The notes beneath the pieces were generated by a model. It saw only the letters and a program-made list of their open reading frames with translations, made no database searches and was not told the DNA's origin. DNA of 64,000 bases from Octopus bimaculoides (lineage: Eukaryota). Shown here piece after piece: positions 50,135 through 62,548 of the stretch (the stretch's first letter is position 1; every line of letters starts with the position of its first letter). A program made the translations under genes and the position numbers. Location: the NCBI RefSeq assembly GCF_001194135.2, contig NC_069003.1, forward strand, positions 7,337,349-7,401,348, read 5' to 3'.

Positions 50135-50945
50135 TTATCATCATCATCCTTTAGCATCTGTTTTCCATGCTGGCATGGGTTAGAGGGTTTGATTGGAACT
50201 GGTCAGCCAGTGAGCTGCACCAGGCTACAATCTGTTTTGGCTTCGTTTCAACTGCTAGATGCCCTTCCTAATGCCAACCACTCTGTATTGTACTGAGTAC
50301 CTCTCGCGTGTCACTGGCACGGGTGCCTCCTATAGTGTGCTGGGTACTTCTCAAGTGTCACCAGCATGGGTGCCTCTTACGTGTCACCAACACAGATGCC
50401 TCTTACATGTCATTGGCATGGGTGTGTCTCACGTGTCACCTGCACAGGTGTCTGCTATGTGTCACTGGCACAAGTGCCTCTCACGTGTCACTGACACAGC
50501 TGCCTCTTACATGTCACCAGCATGAGTACCTCCCATGTGTCACCTGCACAGGTGCCTCTTAAATGTCACCGGTACAGGTGCCTCCCATGTGTCACTGGCA
50601 TGGGTGCCTCCCACATGTCACCAGCACGGTTGCCTCCCCCGTGTCACTGGCATGGGTGCTTTCCATGTGTCACTGGCACAGGTGCCTTCCATGTCACTGG
50701 TACGGGTGCCTCCCACGTGTCACGGGCACGAGTGCCTCTCATGGGTCACCAGCACAGGTGCCTCATATGTGTCACAAGCACAGGTGTCCTTTACGTATCA
50801 CAGGCACAGATGCCATTTTTTATATGTTACAGACACAGGCGCCTTTTACATGTCACAGGCACGACTGCCTTTTACAGGTTTCCAGCATGTATATTTCCTA
50901 CTTGTCACTGGCATGGGTGCCCCTCACAGGTCACCAGCCTGTGGC
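50135..50945 (-). mobile_element. Family C tail carrying about 25 copies of a 24-28-bp palindromic unit
   Basis: Tail 50135-50290, then gtgtcac(t/c)(g/a)gcac(a/g)ggtgcctc..a(c/t) repeated to about 50940. Confidence 0.9.
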
Positions 50946-51894
50946 TTTTGATAATAATCACGGAGGTAAATTGTACTATAAACTGCTGATGTTGAAAGTG
51001 AACATGGCTATAACTCATTGGTTTTATATTTCACATTTATTTGTATACAATGTTACATATCTTGAGATTTTCAAGCTAAGCCATTTTCATTATTAAAATA
51101 GAATTAAATTTTGAAATGAAATCACAAAAAAAAAAAGCTGTAGACGAAATCTATTATTTGTTTGAATATAATATACTTGAATAATTTTTGCTTAATTAAA
51201 TACATAAATTATTACAGTTCATCTTAAAGTCACCTATATTAATTATAATTCTAAAGTAAATTTTATATTTCAACGAGAAATAAACTTGAGAGCTTCTTGA
51301 AATATTATTATGTATTTACAAATCATTAGAAATGAATAACAATAAAAAAAAAAAATGTAGAAAAACTTTGGAATGAATTAGAATTATTTGCTGCAATTCA
51401 AAATNNNNNNNNNNNNNNNNNNNNNNNNNNNNNNNNNNNNNNNNNNNNNNNNNNNNNNNNNNNNNNNNNNNNNNNNNNNNNNNNNNNNNNNNNNNNNNNN
51501 NNNNNNNNNNNNNNNNNNNNNNNNNNNNNNNNNNNNNNNNNNNNNNNNNNNNNNNNNNNNNNNNNNNNNNNNNNNNNNNNNNNNNNNNNNNNNNNNNNNN
51601 NNNNNNNNNNNNNNNNNNNNNNNNNNNNNNNNNNNNNNNNNNNNNNNNNNNNNNNNNNNAAATACATTAATAAGTATATATGAATAGATAAATAAATAAA
51701 TAAAATAGAGATTAAAATTTGGAAATTGAGCTTAAGGATTTTTAATTAGGTAATGATCTAAATAAACAGTTTCAACAAGCGTTCATTTTCGTAGCAGATA
51801 ATTACTTGAAAAATGATTAAGAGTTGGTGACAGGATGGGCATTTGGTTGTAAAAGTCCTTCCTCAAATAGCATGATAAAACATATGAGCAGTTA

Positions 51895-51928
<34 letters not shown>

Positions 51929-52606
51929 CTTTTGGTAGATGGAAGCAGAAAGAAGCCTGTCAAGACACCTGTTTCTGTCTCACTCTAACCTTTCATCATC
52001 TGACACAAGATGATCTTCTCCAATGCTACATCCTCTCTCAAAGGACTTTTGTCTTGCAAGTGCTGGTGCCACATAAAAAGTGTCCAGTCTACACCGTAAA
52101 GAGGTTGATGTTTCGAAGAGCATCCAGCAGTAAAAGCCACGTCAAAACAAACACATGCCAGCACTGAAAGCAGACGTTAAACAATGATGGTGATGGTGAT
52201 AATGATGTGGGTGTGCATGTGTATATGTATACATGTATGTATGTATACACGTGTGTGTGTTTGTTGCCCACCACTGCTTGACAAATGGTGACTCCAGAGC
52301 TTATAGTAGAAGATGCTTGCCCAAGGTGTCATACAGTGGGACTGAACCTGGAAGTGTGTTGTTGGGAAGCAAACTTATCATGCAGCCATGCCTGTGCCTA
52401 TGTTTAATATAGTGGCCATATTTGGGTTATCTGCCTTACCGGTGGTGTCGATGAGTGTAATAAGGGCGGCCCAGGATTACATTATTCAAAGGGGATAACC
52501 ATCAGTGTGAAGGATTTCTTATCATCTTTTCATAAGTGCTTTCTCCTATAGCCCTGGGCTGATTAATACCTCGTGAATGAATTTGATAAATTAAGTGGAA
52601 GACCTT

Positions 52607-52609
<3 letters not shown>

Positions 52610-52654
<45 letters not shown>

Positions 52655-52980
52655 TTTGTCCTTCACTGCTGCTTTCCAACCAGTGTTGGTTTGTTCACAT
52701 CTCTGTCTCTTGGTAATTTTGGCAACAAGTGCTTTCTACTATAGCCCTGCACTGATCAATACCTTGTGAATGAATTTCTAGAATTGGATGGAAAATGAGT
52801 GGAAGACATTGGTGTGTGTGTGTGTTCTTCATATCCCCATAACTTAGAGGTTCAGCAAAACAGACTGATGGAATAAGTAAAAGACTTTAAAAAAAAGAAA
52901 TGTACTGGTATCAATTAAATTGACTATATTCATCAAGGTGGTGCCCCAGTATGGCCACAGTCCAATCACTGAAACAAGTG
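52610..52980 (+). mobile_element. SINE-A pieces (two hinge regions, one 3' module)
   Basis: (TG)n...cccc.ataacttag.ggttcagcaaaa...ccccagtatggccacagtccaatcactgaaacaag. Confidence 0.7.
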
Positions 52981-53074
52981 AAAGGTATCTGTGTGTGTGT
53001 GTGTGTGTGTGCGTGTGCGTGCGTGCGTGCATTGTTCATCATCATCATCATCATCATTAAATGTCTATTGTAAG

Positions 53075-53285
53075 GTGGTAAGTTGGCAGAATCGTTAGCA
53101 TGCCCGGCAAAATGCTTAGTGGCATTTCATCTGTTTTTACATTCTGAGTTCAAATTCTGCCGGGGTCCACTTTGCCATTCATCCATTTGAGGTCAATAAA
53201 ATAAGTACCAGTTGAACACTGGGGTTGATATAATCGACTTAGACCCTTCCCCAAGCCTGCTGTCTTTGTGCTAAAACTTGAAACC
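53075..53285 (+). mobile_element. SINE-B
   Basis: agttggcagaatcgttagcatgcccggcaaaatgcttagtgg. Confidence 0.9.
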
Positions 53286-54009
53286 ATTTCATGTCCATTG
53301 TCCATGCTGGCATGGGTTGTTAGTATAAATCTATAATGTTCACCAACACTGTACAATGACAGACTGCTGTAATATTTCATACGACAGCCCTTTCTCTGTT
53401 TAGCTTCAGACAGTTATTAGCTATCAACCAAACCACCACAAAAAAGCTATAACAGTTTTTAGATGCATGATTTTTTCTGAGAAAAATGTATATTTCATGA
53501 TAGAGGGAAACACGAAATTGTTCATAGAATTAATCGCAATTATTAAAAAAAAATAAAAATAAATAAATAAAACAGAATAAAAAAAAAATGAAATCAAACA
53601 TTATTTTCTTTGATAGTCAATAGTACATTAACATAATAGCCATTGAATGGTACTCAAGTGTTAACAGGCTCACAACAACACTACGCACCTATGTAAACTA
53701 CGCAAGAGACACGGTACACCTACATAATATTAGTTGACGACATACCTATATCTGATATCAGATGGCAACACACCTACATTATAGACATTAGATTTTGTGA
53801 ATATTATAATATTTCTGTTAATGTCATTGCAAAGATTTCTTGTTTCTTTCTTTTTTTTTTCATCTTCCGCTGATCGTGATGAAGTAATGTACACAGGCTC
53901 AAATGTTAACAATTACATCAACGTTGTTTGATTCTAGTCTAGAAATTATTTTAGTAACCACTTGTTACTATAATAAACAGAGGCTGATATTATAATTGTG
54001 TCTTTCATA

Positions 54010-54545
54010 ATTTTGCTTCTTTCGGTCATTAGACTGTGGCCATGCTGGGGCACCACCTTGAAGAATTCTTTTCAGTTGACTGAATTGACCCCAGAACTTT
54101 CTTTTACTTTTTTTTAAGACTGATACTTATTCTATCGGTCTCTTTTGCTGGACTGCTAAGTTACAGAGCTGTAGACAAACCAACGCTGGTTGTCAAGTGG
54201 TGAAGGAGAGGGGACAAAGAAACACACACACACAATGGGCTTCTTTCAATTTCCATCTACCAAATCTACTCACAAGGTTTTGGTCAAGCAGTGGCGGGAG
54301 ACACACTCAAACACACATATACACAACGGGCTTCTTTCAATTTCCATCTACCAAATCTACTCAAGGCTTTGGTCAAGCAGTGGCGGGAGACACACTCAAA
54401 CACACACATACACAAAGGGCTTCTTTCAATTTCCATCCACCAAATCCATTCAAGACTATAGATGACACCTGCCCAAGGTGCCACATGAAGGGATTGAACC
54501 CAAAACCATGTAGTTGGGAAGCAAACTTCTTACCACAGAGCCATG
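54010..54545 (-). mobile_element. SINE-A with an internal about 90-bp triplication
   Basis: cacaa.gggcttctttcaatttccatc at 54231, 54322 and 54411. Confidence 0.9.
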
Positions 54546-55467
54546 CTTGTATGCTTATTAGTTTCACTTCATTAAAGCCATTATCAATGAAAATTTAACA
54601 TTTCTGACACTTTTTTTCTTTTTTATAAAAGACAAATTAAAAACACCATCTTATTAACATTTTTACTGGAAGAAAAGAAAGGAAAACAAAATACCATCAA
54701 AAGTATAAATGATCAAATTATTGAGAAAAAAAAAAATCACTCGTAACTATCTCACCAAGGAAATACAGAAAAAGAAAAAAAAAAGGGAGGAATTAATCAG
54801 CAGAAGATGGAAGGCGGGAGTAATGGGCTGTACACCCCAGACCAAATGGCGTGTTCAGCCACGCCTTGCGGACATGATTGCAAACACATTGCTGTGGAAA
54901 ATAGCCAGCAGCACTCGGTGCAGCAGCTTCACCACCTCACGGGGTTGTTTCTCAGAGAAAGTACAATACTGTTTGAAACCTAACACCGGCGATAATTAAG
55001 GGATTAATGTAATCTATATTAAAACCTTCAACCAAAATTCTATGTTAATTTATGTTCCAAACTCCAGGTTAATAATTACAAAATAAAGCAAACCAAAGGT
55101 GATGCAGTTAGACAGAAATTTGTTAACAAAATGGTAAATATCAATGCATAACACCTTAAGCAAGTGTCTTTACTATAAGCTCAGAGCAGACAAATGCTGG
55201 TGAGAAGGATATTTAGGTGACAGAAAGCCTGTAAAGTCTCACAGTTTCTGTCTGTGATCTTTCTTTTAACTTGTTTCAGTCATTAGATTGGGGCCATGCT
55301 GGGGCACCACCCCGGGGAAGTTTTAGTTGAACGAATTGTCCCTGGTACTTATTCTATCGGTGTCTTTTGCTGAACTGCTAAGTTACAGGGATGTAAATAC
55401 ATCAGCATCAGTTGTCAAGTGGTGGTAGAGGACAAACAGAGACACACAGACACACAAATATACAATG

Positions 55468-55538
<71 letters not shown>

Positions 55539-56582
55539 NNNNNNNNNNNNNNNNNNNNNNNNNNNNNNNNNNNNNNNNNNNNNNNNNNNNNNNNNNNNNN
55601 NNNNNNNNNNNNNNNNNNNNNNNNNNNNNNNNNNNNNNNNNNNNNNNNNNNNNNNNNNNNNNNNNNNNNNNNNNNNNNNNNNNNNNNNNNNNNNNNNNNN
55701 NNNNNNNNNNNNNNNNNNNNNNNNNNNNNNNNNNNNNNNNNNNNNNNNNNNNNNNNNNNNNNNNNNNNNNNNNNNNNNNNNNNNNNNNNNNNNNNNNNNN
55801 NNNNNNNNNNNNNNNNNNNNNNNNNNNNNNNNNNNNNNNNNNNNNNNNNNNNNNNNNNNNNNNNNNNNNNNNNNNNNNNNNNNNNNNNNNNNNNNNNNNN
55901 NNNNNNNNNNNNNNNNNNATATATATATAAACATTGTTATTAGTTTTGCTAATTTAGTAGTTTTGTATTCGCAGCCACATGGTTTCAAGTCCAACTTTAC
56001 TGCATAGCACTTTGGACAACCCTTGGGGGCACAAATGCCTTATGAGTGAATTTGGCAAATGGAAACAGTAAAGCAGCCCATTGTGTGTGATGTGTTGTGA
56101 CATTTGCACACCAATTGTAAACATTGTTACCATTGATGCAAAAACGGTGTCCTTTGTTGGCAATCTTCTGTGAAAATATATCTATCCACAGAACTGTTCA
56201 TATTTGAAGTATTAGGGAAAAATATTACCAGTCTTGGAAACATGCAAGGGTTGGCAACAGGACGAGTATTTCATTCATCATCATCTATACCATTTAACAT
56301 CTGTTTTACCATGCTAGCATGGGTTGGACAGTTTGACAGGAGATGATCAGTCACAGAGTTGCCCAGTCTCCAAATATCTGTTTTAGTATGGTTTCTATGG
56401 CTGTATGCCCTTCCCAATGCCAACCACTTTACAGAGTGTACTGGGTGCTTTTTAAGTGGTACTGGCATGGGTGCTCTTATGTGGCACCAGCACAAATGCT
56501 TTTTACGTTGCATTGGCACAGTAAATAGATTTTTGCCCCAATGAGTTTCATTTGATGCATGCAAACCTAGAAAAATAAATGA

Positions 56583-56670
56583 TATAACGATGATGATGAT
56601 AACGATGATGATGATAACGATGATGATGATAACGATGATGATGATAACGATGATGATGATAACGATGATG
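56583..56670. repeat. 15-bp tandem repeat x about 6
   Basis: ataacgatgatgatg. Confidence 0.95.
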
Positions 56671-57664
56671 AAAAATATATAATTTTGTATTTAATTTTAA
56701 ACATCTTGGTTCCAAGTATAAAATCTTGCAGACGTTTCTTTTATTTATATATTTATTATTTTGTTTTTTGTCCATCAATAAAATACTGTTAATTTAATTG
56801 ATTATGCCTAACCCTACAAAAATTTGGCCTTCTGCCAACTCATATCAGTGGAAAAGTTGAAGAAAAACTAAAATATATTCAGTGGAATAACTTTTGAAGA
56901 GTAAAAATATTCCCAAGAGAAAAGATCAATAAAATATTTAAAAGAAAGCATGACGATAATAGTGATAATAATAATGATAATAATAATGAAATGGAATTTA
57001 AAATAATTGAATTGTAACATAAATATATAGCTATGGAATCCTTTGATAATTGGAAAATAATTAGACATAGAAATTGTAAAACTGAACAGAAAAAAAAAGA
57101 AAGAAAAAAGACCAAACTATCATTCAGAAAAAGGTAAAAAAAAACCAAAAAAACAAAACAATTTGTAAGAATTGAAAGAATGCAGAAAATCTTATAATAC
57201 ATCTAATTGGATTAATTTTACCTTCCTTTGATAAAGTTAACTAAACTAGAAAGTAATTAAGCTAGAATAAATTCTAAAATATGTTTATAATGTGAGGAGG
57301 GGGAGATTCGAATCAGCTTCTGATTGCTTCAACCTTTGATCAAGGGCCGCTTTGCCTCAGTCATTTTGGATGTCAAGCTCCATTCCTACTTCACAGTTGG
57401 GTAGATAACGGCTCTAAAAGTGCAGCAACATGTAAAAATAATTGCTCAGGCAATATGCGAAAATCGAAATTTGTAGAATTCTTTCTGTCGATGCCATCAT
57501 GAGAAAATTGAGATGATTATTTGAAAATACAATATCTATTAATATTTTAATTTTGGATGTAGATTTAATTATAGCCATGTATATGTGTGTGTGTTAATGT
57601 GTTTACATAGGTACACATGCATGTACACATTTGTGTGTGTGAATGTATGAGTTTATATATATAT

Positions 57665-57822
57665 ATCATCATCATCGTGTAACGTCCGCTTTCCATGCTG
57701 GCAGGGGTTGGATGATTTGACTGAGGATTGGCAAGCTAGAAGGTTGCACCAGGCTCCAATCTGATCTGGCAGAGTTTCTACAGCTAGATGCCCTTCCTAA
57801 CGCCAACCACTCCGAGAGTGTA

Positions 57823-57823
<1 letters not shown>
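57665..57823 (-). mobile_element. Family C, young copy
   Basis: catcatcgtgtaacgtccgctttccatgctgg...ccaaccactccgagagtgtag. Confidence 0.9.
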
Positions 57824-57868
<45 letters not shown>

Positions 57869-58143
57869 CACACACACACTATATATGTATGTATATATGC
57901 ATATGTGTGCATATATGCATGGATATATACATATACACACACATATATACATACATCCACACAAGTACACACAGATACACGTATATACACACATACATAC
58001 AAACATATACATATATATACACACATGTACATATAAAGGTGCGTCTGTGTGTATATCCACACACGTACACACAGATACACATATATACACACACACATAC
58101 ATACAAACATACATATATACACACATGTACATATAAAGATGTG

Positions 58144-58195
<52 letters not shown>

Positions 58196-58229
58196 AGTGT
58201 GTGTGTGTGTATTTGCACATGTTCTACAT

Positions 58230-59690
58230 GAAGATCAGATATGTGAGGTGTTTAAGATGGTAAGACAAAGTACCAGAGGAAGCCAAGATGTCATTAAAGA
58301 GAAGTGTATCCTAAATGATGGAGGCACACTCGTCCTTTCAGCTGATGGAAAGAAAGAGGCTGAGAAGTGCTATTACGACAGGTTACTGAATGAGGAGAAC
58401 ACATGGGAGAAAGAGGCTCCACTTGAAGCTGACCCAACAGAGGGACTGGTTATTCAAGTTGACAGCAGCTTGGCAGACAGAAAGATTTAAGATATAAAGG
58501 TAAGGAAAGCGCCAGGCCTATCAGGGATAGTTTCTGAGATGCTTAACCCTTTAGCATTTAGATTAGTTTGTGAAATGTAATGTTTGTTTATTTGCATTGT
58601 TTATTTGCATTATTTTTGCTGCTACACTCATGTCACTGGTTCAAAATTTTGCTATTGTTTTCATTACAAGACATTGTAAGAGATTCTGATGAAGGTTAAA
58701 CACATTTAAACATCAAAGAATGTTATTGCCCTGACATTTTTCAGCTTTTCCAAAAGTTACAGCACATATCTTGTACATACGTGTATGTGCGCATGTGTGT
58801 ATTGTTGTGGCATAAATGTACATATGTATGTATATATCATATATGCAAATATATCATCAATGAACAGTCTCATAGCTTTTAAATTTCAATGGTATGATTG
58901 TTTATTTTTAAAATGACATAGCAGGGTATGTGTATGAAGCCAGATCTTCCTGGTTTGGAGATAAAACAGGTAGGATATTTTGGCCGGATATGACTAAAAG
59001 TTAAAATATCTGGCAATGTAGGAGACATGGTAGTTGCCTGGATAATTAATCCAGTAATAAACGAAGTCGTCATATCTAATGATTGCTGTAGCAATATTAT
59101 TAACGTAAACTGTTACAAGGACAAAGAAGATGTATTAGAGAGAGGTAATTAGAGAGGCATCAGATTGTTGGAACAGGTGATGAAGGTCATGGAAAAGTCA
59201 TAGCACGATTGATCAGCAACGGAATTAATTTAAACGAGATGCAGTTCAGCTTTATGCCTGGAAGATGAACCACAAATGCCATCATTGTAGTGAGGTGACT
59301 GCAGAAGTACTTAGCTAAACACAAGCCACTGTAACAATAGTCAGCTTGAAGAAGGCTTTGACAAAGTGCCACACTTTGTAATCAGACTGTAGTTAACTAG
59401 GAGTAAATGAATGACTTGTGAGGACTTTACTACAGGCTATGCTTAAAGACGCAATTAATAAAGTGAGTCAGTAATGAACACATTGATGAATTTAGAACAA
59501 AGTTTAGGGGTGCACCAAGGCTCAGTCTTCAGCTCCCTCCTGTTCATTTAAGGCTAGGTACTTGTAGGAACTCATATGTTGATAACTCCATCCTTATAGT
59601 TGAAACTGTAACAGAATCAGAAAGGAAATTCGAGAGATGGAGGCAAAACCTGGAACTAAAAGGCCTCAAGGTGAAAGTAGCAAAGATTTG
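58230..59690 (+). mobile_element. RTE LINE ORF2 remnant (reverse transcriptase), split by MITE P1
   Basis: KAPGLSGIVSEML|KISG, CYK.K.D.LERGN*RGIRLL, MQFSFMPGR*TT.AI, LKKAFDKVP, RVHQGSV, KGLKVKVAK; many stops and frameshifts. Confidence 0.9.
58547..59000 (+). mobile_element. MITE P1 inserted at a TTAA in the RTE
   Basis: TTAA at 58543-58546 and 59001-59004; removing the insert restores gag atg ctt aaa ata tct ggc (EMLKISG). Confidence 0.9.
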
Positions 59691-60074
59691 TACTGGTGAC
59701 ATGTAAAACACACCCAGTACACTCTGTAGAGTGGTTGGCTGGCATTAGGGAGGGCATCCAGCCATAGAAACAAAGCCAAAACAGACTGAAGTCTGGTGCA
59801 GCTTTCCAACTTACCGGTTCCAGTCAAACCATCTAACCCATGCCAGGATGGAAAACAGATGCTAAAAGATTATGGTAATAAATTAAGAAAATAGAAAGTA
59901 TCCTGATTCCATTAAGGGGAAATGGCCTTGCTTGATATGTAGACAAGTAGGAAGTAGGAAATCCCTATGATATACCCAGTACAAATTATGGACACACAAA
60001 AGGTGCAGTGAAATCACAGGCAAGCTAACAGACAAAGCACACTGAATAACAACATAAATTTTCAACTAAATGTA

Positions 60075-60276
60075 TCTTTTACTTGTTTCAGTCATTAGAC
60101 TGCGGCCATGCTGGGGCACTGCCATGAAAAATGCTTAACCAAATGAATCAACCCCAGTACCTATTCTATTAGCTCTTTTATCAAACCAATAGTTATGGGG
60201 ATGTAAACACACAAACACCAGTTAACAAGTGGTGGTGGTGGTGGGGGGGACAAGCACAAACACACACATGTGTGTT

Positions 60277-60320
<44 letters not shown>

Positions 60321-60470
60321 TCAAGATTCTTTCAGTTTCCTTCTACCAAACCCACTCACAAGGCTTTGGTTGGCCCAAGTCTACGGTGCAAGACACTTAT
60401 CCAAAATGGCATGCAGTGTAACTGAACCCAGAACCATACAGTTGGGAAGCAAGCTTCTCACCACACAGCC
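60075..60470 (-). mobile_element. SINE-A, near full length
   Basis: ttacttgtttcagtcattagactgcggccatgctgggg...(TA)n hinge...gggaagcaagcttctcaccacacagcc. Confidence 0.85.
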
Positions 60471-60889
60471 ACAAAGTAATCGAATCAGCCTTTGTAAATT
60501 ATGTTCCAATGCTACTTAAAGATATGCTGCACAAGCCTGTTTATAACTAATCCTTATCTTGGATTACAATTCCATTTGCTTATCATTCCCAGAGGGCTCC
60601 TTGCTTCTTTGAAAGGATAAGGTGTCTAATTAATTCTTGGTTTCTGTTCTGAAAGGAGAACAGAACTGCAATCAGTGATTTCAAAATGGCTTTTAGAGAA
60701 TCTATCAAGGTTAAAGTAGAAGAATATATATGATTAATATGATTTATCATTGGAATGGATGCCTTTGAGGCCACCATTGAGGCTAGTTTTAAACAAAGCG
60801 GTAAGCTTGTGCCATACTTTTCTAACTTACTAAATTCAACCAAATTACACAGCAGAAAAAGAAATATATGCAGGAACTGACACTGTTTA

Positions 60890-61085
60890 ACCTAGCCAGA
60901 TCAAGCCAAAATATTATACCTGTTTTATGTTCAAATTGGCCAGAGCCGACTTCTCACACCTACCCTATAATGTCATTGGAAAAGATAAATAATTGCATCA
61001 TTGAAATTTTGAAGCTACATGATAATGCAGGAGTAATTCAAAACAATTTAAATAAACACACATTACATTTGACAGAATAATCTGG
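60890..61085 (+). mobile_element. MITE P1 (degenerate)
   Basis: tctcacacctaccctataatgtcatt...acattacatttgacagaataatctg. Confidence 0.75.
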
Positions 61086-61512
61086 ATTATTTACCGTGGT
61101 AACTGTTGAGAAACTTGTAGATAAGATCAATATAAAATACAAAAATATATTAAAAGTACACTCAACAGTATTGAATGAAATATACTTGTGTACAGTTATA
61201 TTTAACATATCTGTGTACATTTGGACATAGAAAGACAATATGCTGCATAAGCTGTCTCTAGAGAAAGAAATTCTCGTTATAGACAATGTAGGTGTAATCA
61301 CATTATTAGGCTATGAATGACATCACCAGACAGTAGGACACATGCGTTTCTGCGTCATTATGCTTCATCAGCAACATATACTGAGCTACAGTTCATGGCC
61401 ACTAAGAGCTAGTTGCCTTTAGATTAGAATATCAAGTGGTACATTTACTGATGTGTTAAAAGCTTTGTGAAGCTGGAACAAATTAATTAGAGGCATAATA
61501 AGCAGCATTGAA

Positions 61513-61548
<36 letters not shown>

Positions 61549-62159
61549 ATATCTAACATGTTTGTATACATTTGGACATGGAAAGACTATACACTTCACA
61601 AATTGTCTTGAGAGAAGATATTTTCCTTCTAGATACCATGCTATTTATAAGAAGGATTTCTTCTCTTGTGACCCTTGTGCAATGCATTGTCTTTCCATGT
61701 CCAAATACACATAAAAATAGAGATTAAAAATGAGAAAATATGTTAGGAATAAAAATTCACGATATTCTCTTACAATATTTTACAATGTCCCAAATCCCTT
61801 AATGTGCTGCAGATACAACCTTTACATAGTTTTTTTTTTTGTGTGGTACTACTTCACAAACTAAGCTCTTAGAACTCCACATATTTCAGTACCACTCTAG
61901 TATTAAAAGTGTGATGAATTTTGTTTTGGGTACAAAAATCTGCACTCGGTGGATGACGTCAAACATCTGTGGATGCCGTATTTGTCAAGAGTTAAATCCA
62001 CAATACTGTCATGCAGACCAATTGCAGCTCACCAAATCTAAATATCTTTTGACCTCATAACAATTGATTTTAAGGGCCCATTATTGTCATATCCATATCA
62101 ATGATAAAATAATAGTTAAAAACATAAGAAATTTATCCATGGACTAGTTGATCACCATT

Positions 62160-62548
62160 TAACTCATTTGATACTAAGCTATCTGAGACTAAACTTGAAC
62201 TGATATAAATTTCTTGTTTTTAAGTGATGAATATTAAAATTTTCCATTGAAATTTCATGATTTATGTTCCAAACACCAGCTTAATACTATTAAAGTAATT
62301 TTACTAAATTCTTCTTAATTTGCAAAATTAATTAAACTCAAGTTGCAGGTGCCATTTAGAAAGCACCCTGTACACTCTGTAAAGTGGTTGGCATTAGAAA
62401 GGGCATCCAATCATAGAAACCATAGACAGTAGAACAGCTCCTGTTAAACTATCCAACCCACGCCAACATGGAAGACGGTTGTTAAAAAATGATGATCATG
62501 ATTATAGGCAATGTATTTCAACAGAAATATGGTAACAAAAGGGTTAAT
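62160..62548. mobile_element. MITE P2 interrupted by a family C fragment (62350-62497)
   Basis: TTAActcattt start and ggtaacaaaagggTTAA end. Confidence 0.55.

Noticed and set aside
50259-51096. Cys/His-rich ORFs (CHWH/VTGTG repeats) resembling metallothionein or zinc-finger proteins; CRISPR-like appearance
   Set aside because: These are translations of the family C 26-bp minisatellite. There are no unique spacers and no cas genes, and the DNA is eukaryotic.
57860-58200. About 100-bp higher-order repeat with His/Thr/Tyr/Ile ORFs
   Set aside because: Local duplication within a compound AC/AT microsatellite
60583-60843. 86-aa minus ORF and plus-strand donor G|GTAAGC at about 60800
   Set aside because: No usable acceptor in the open frames and no recognisable homology
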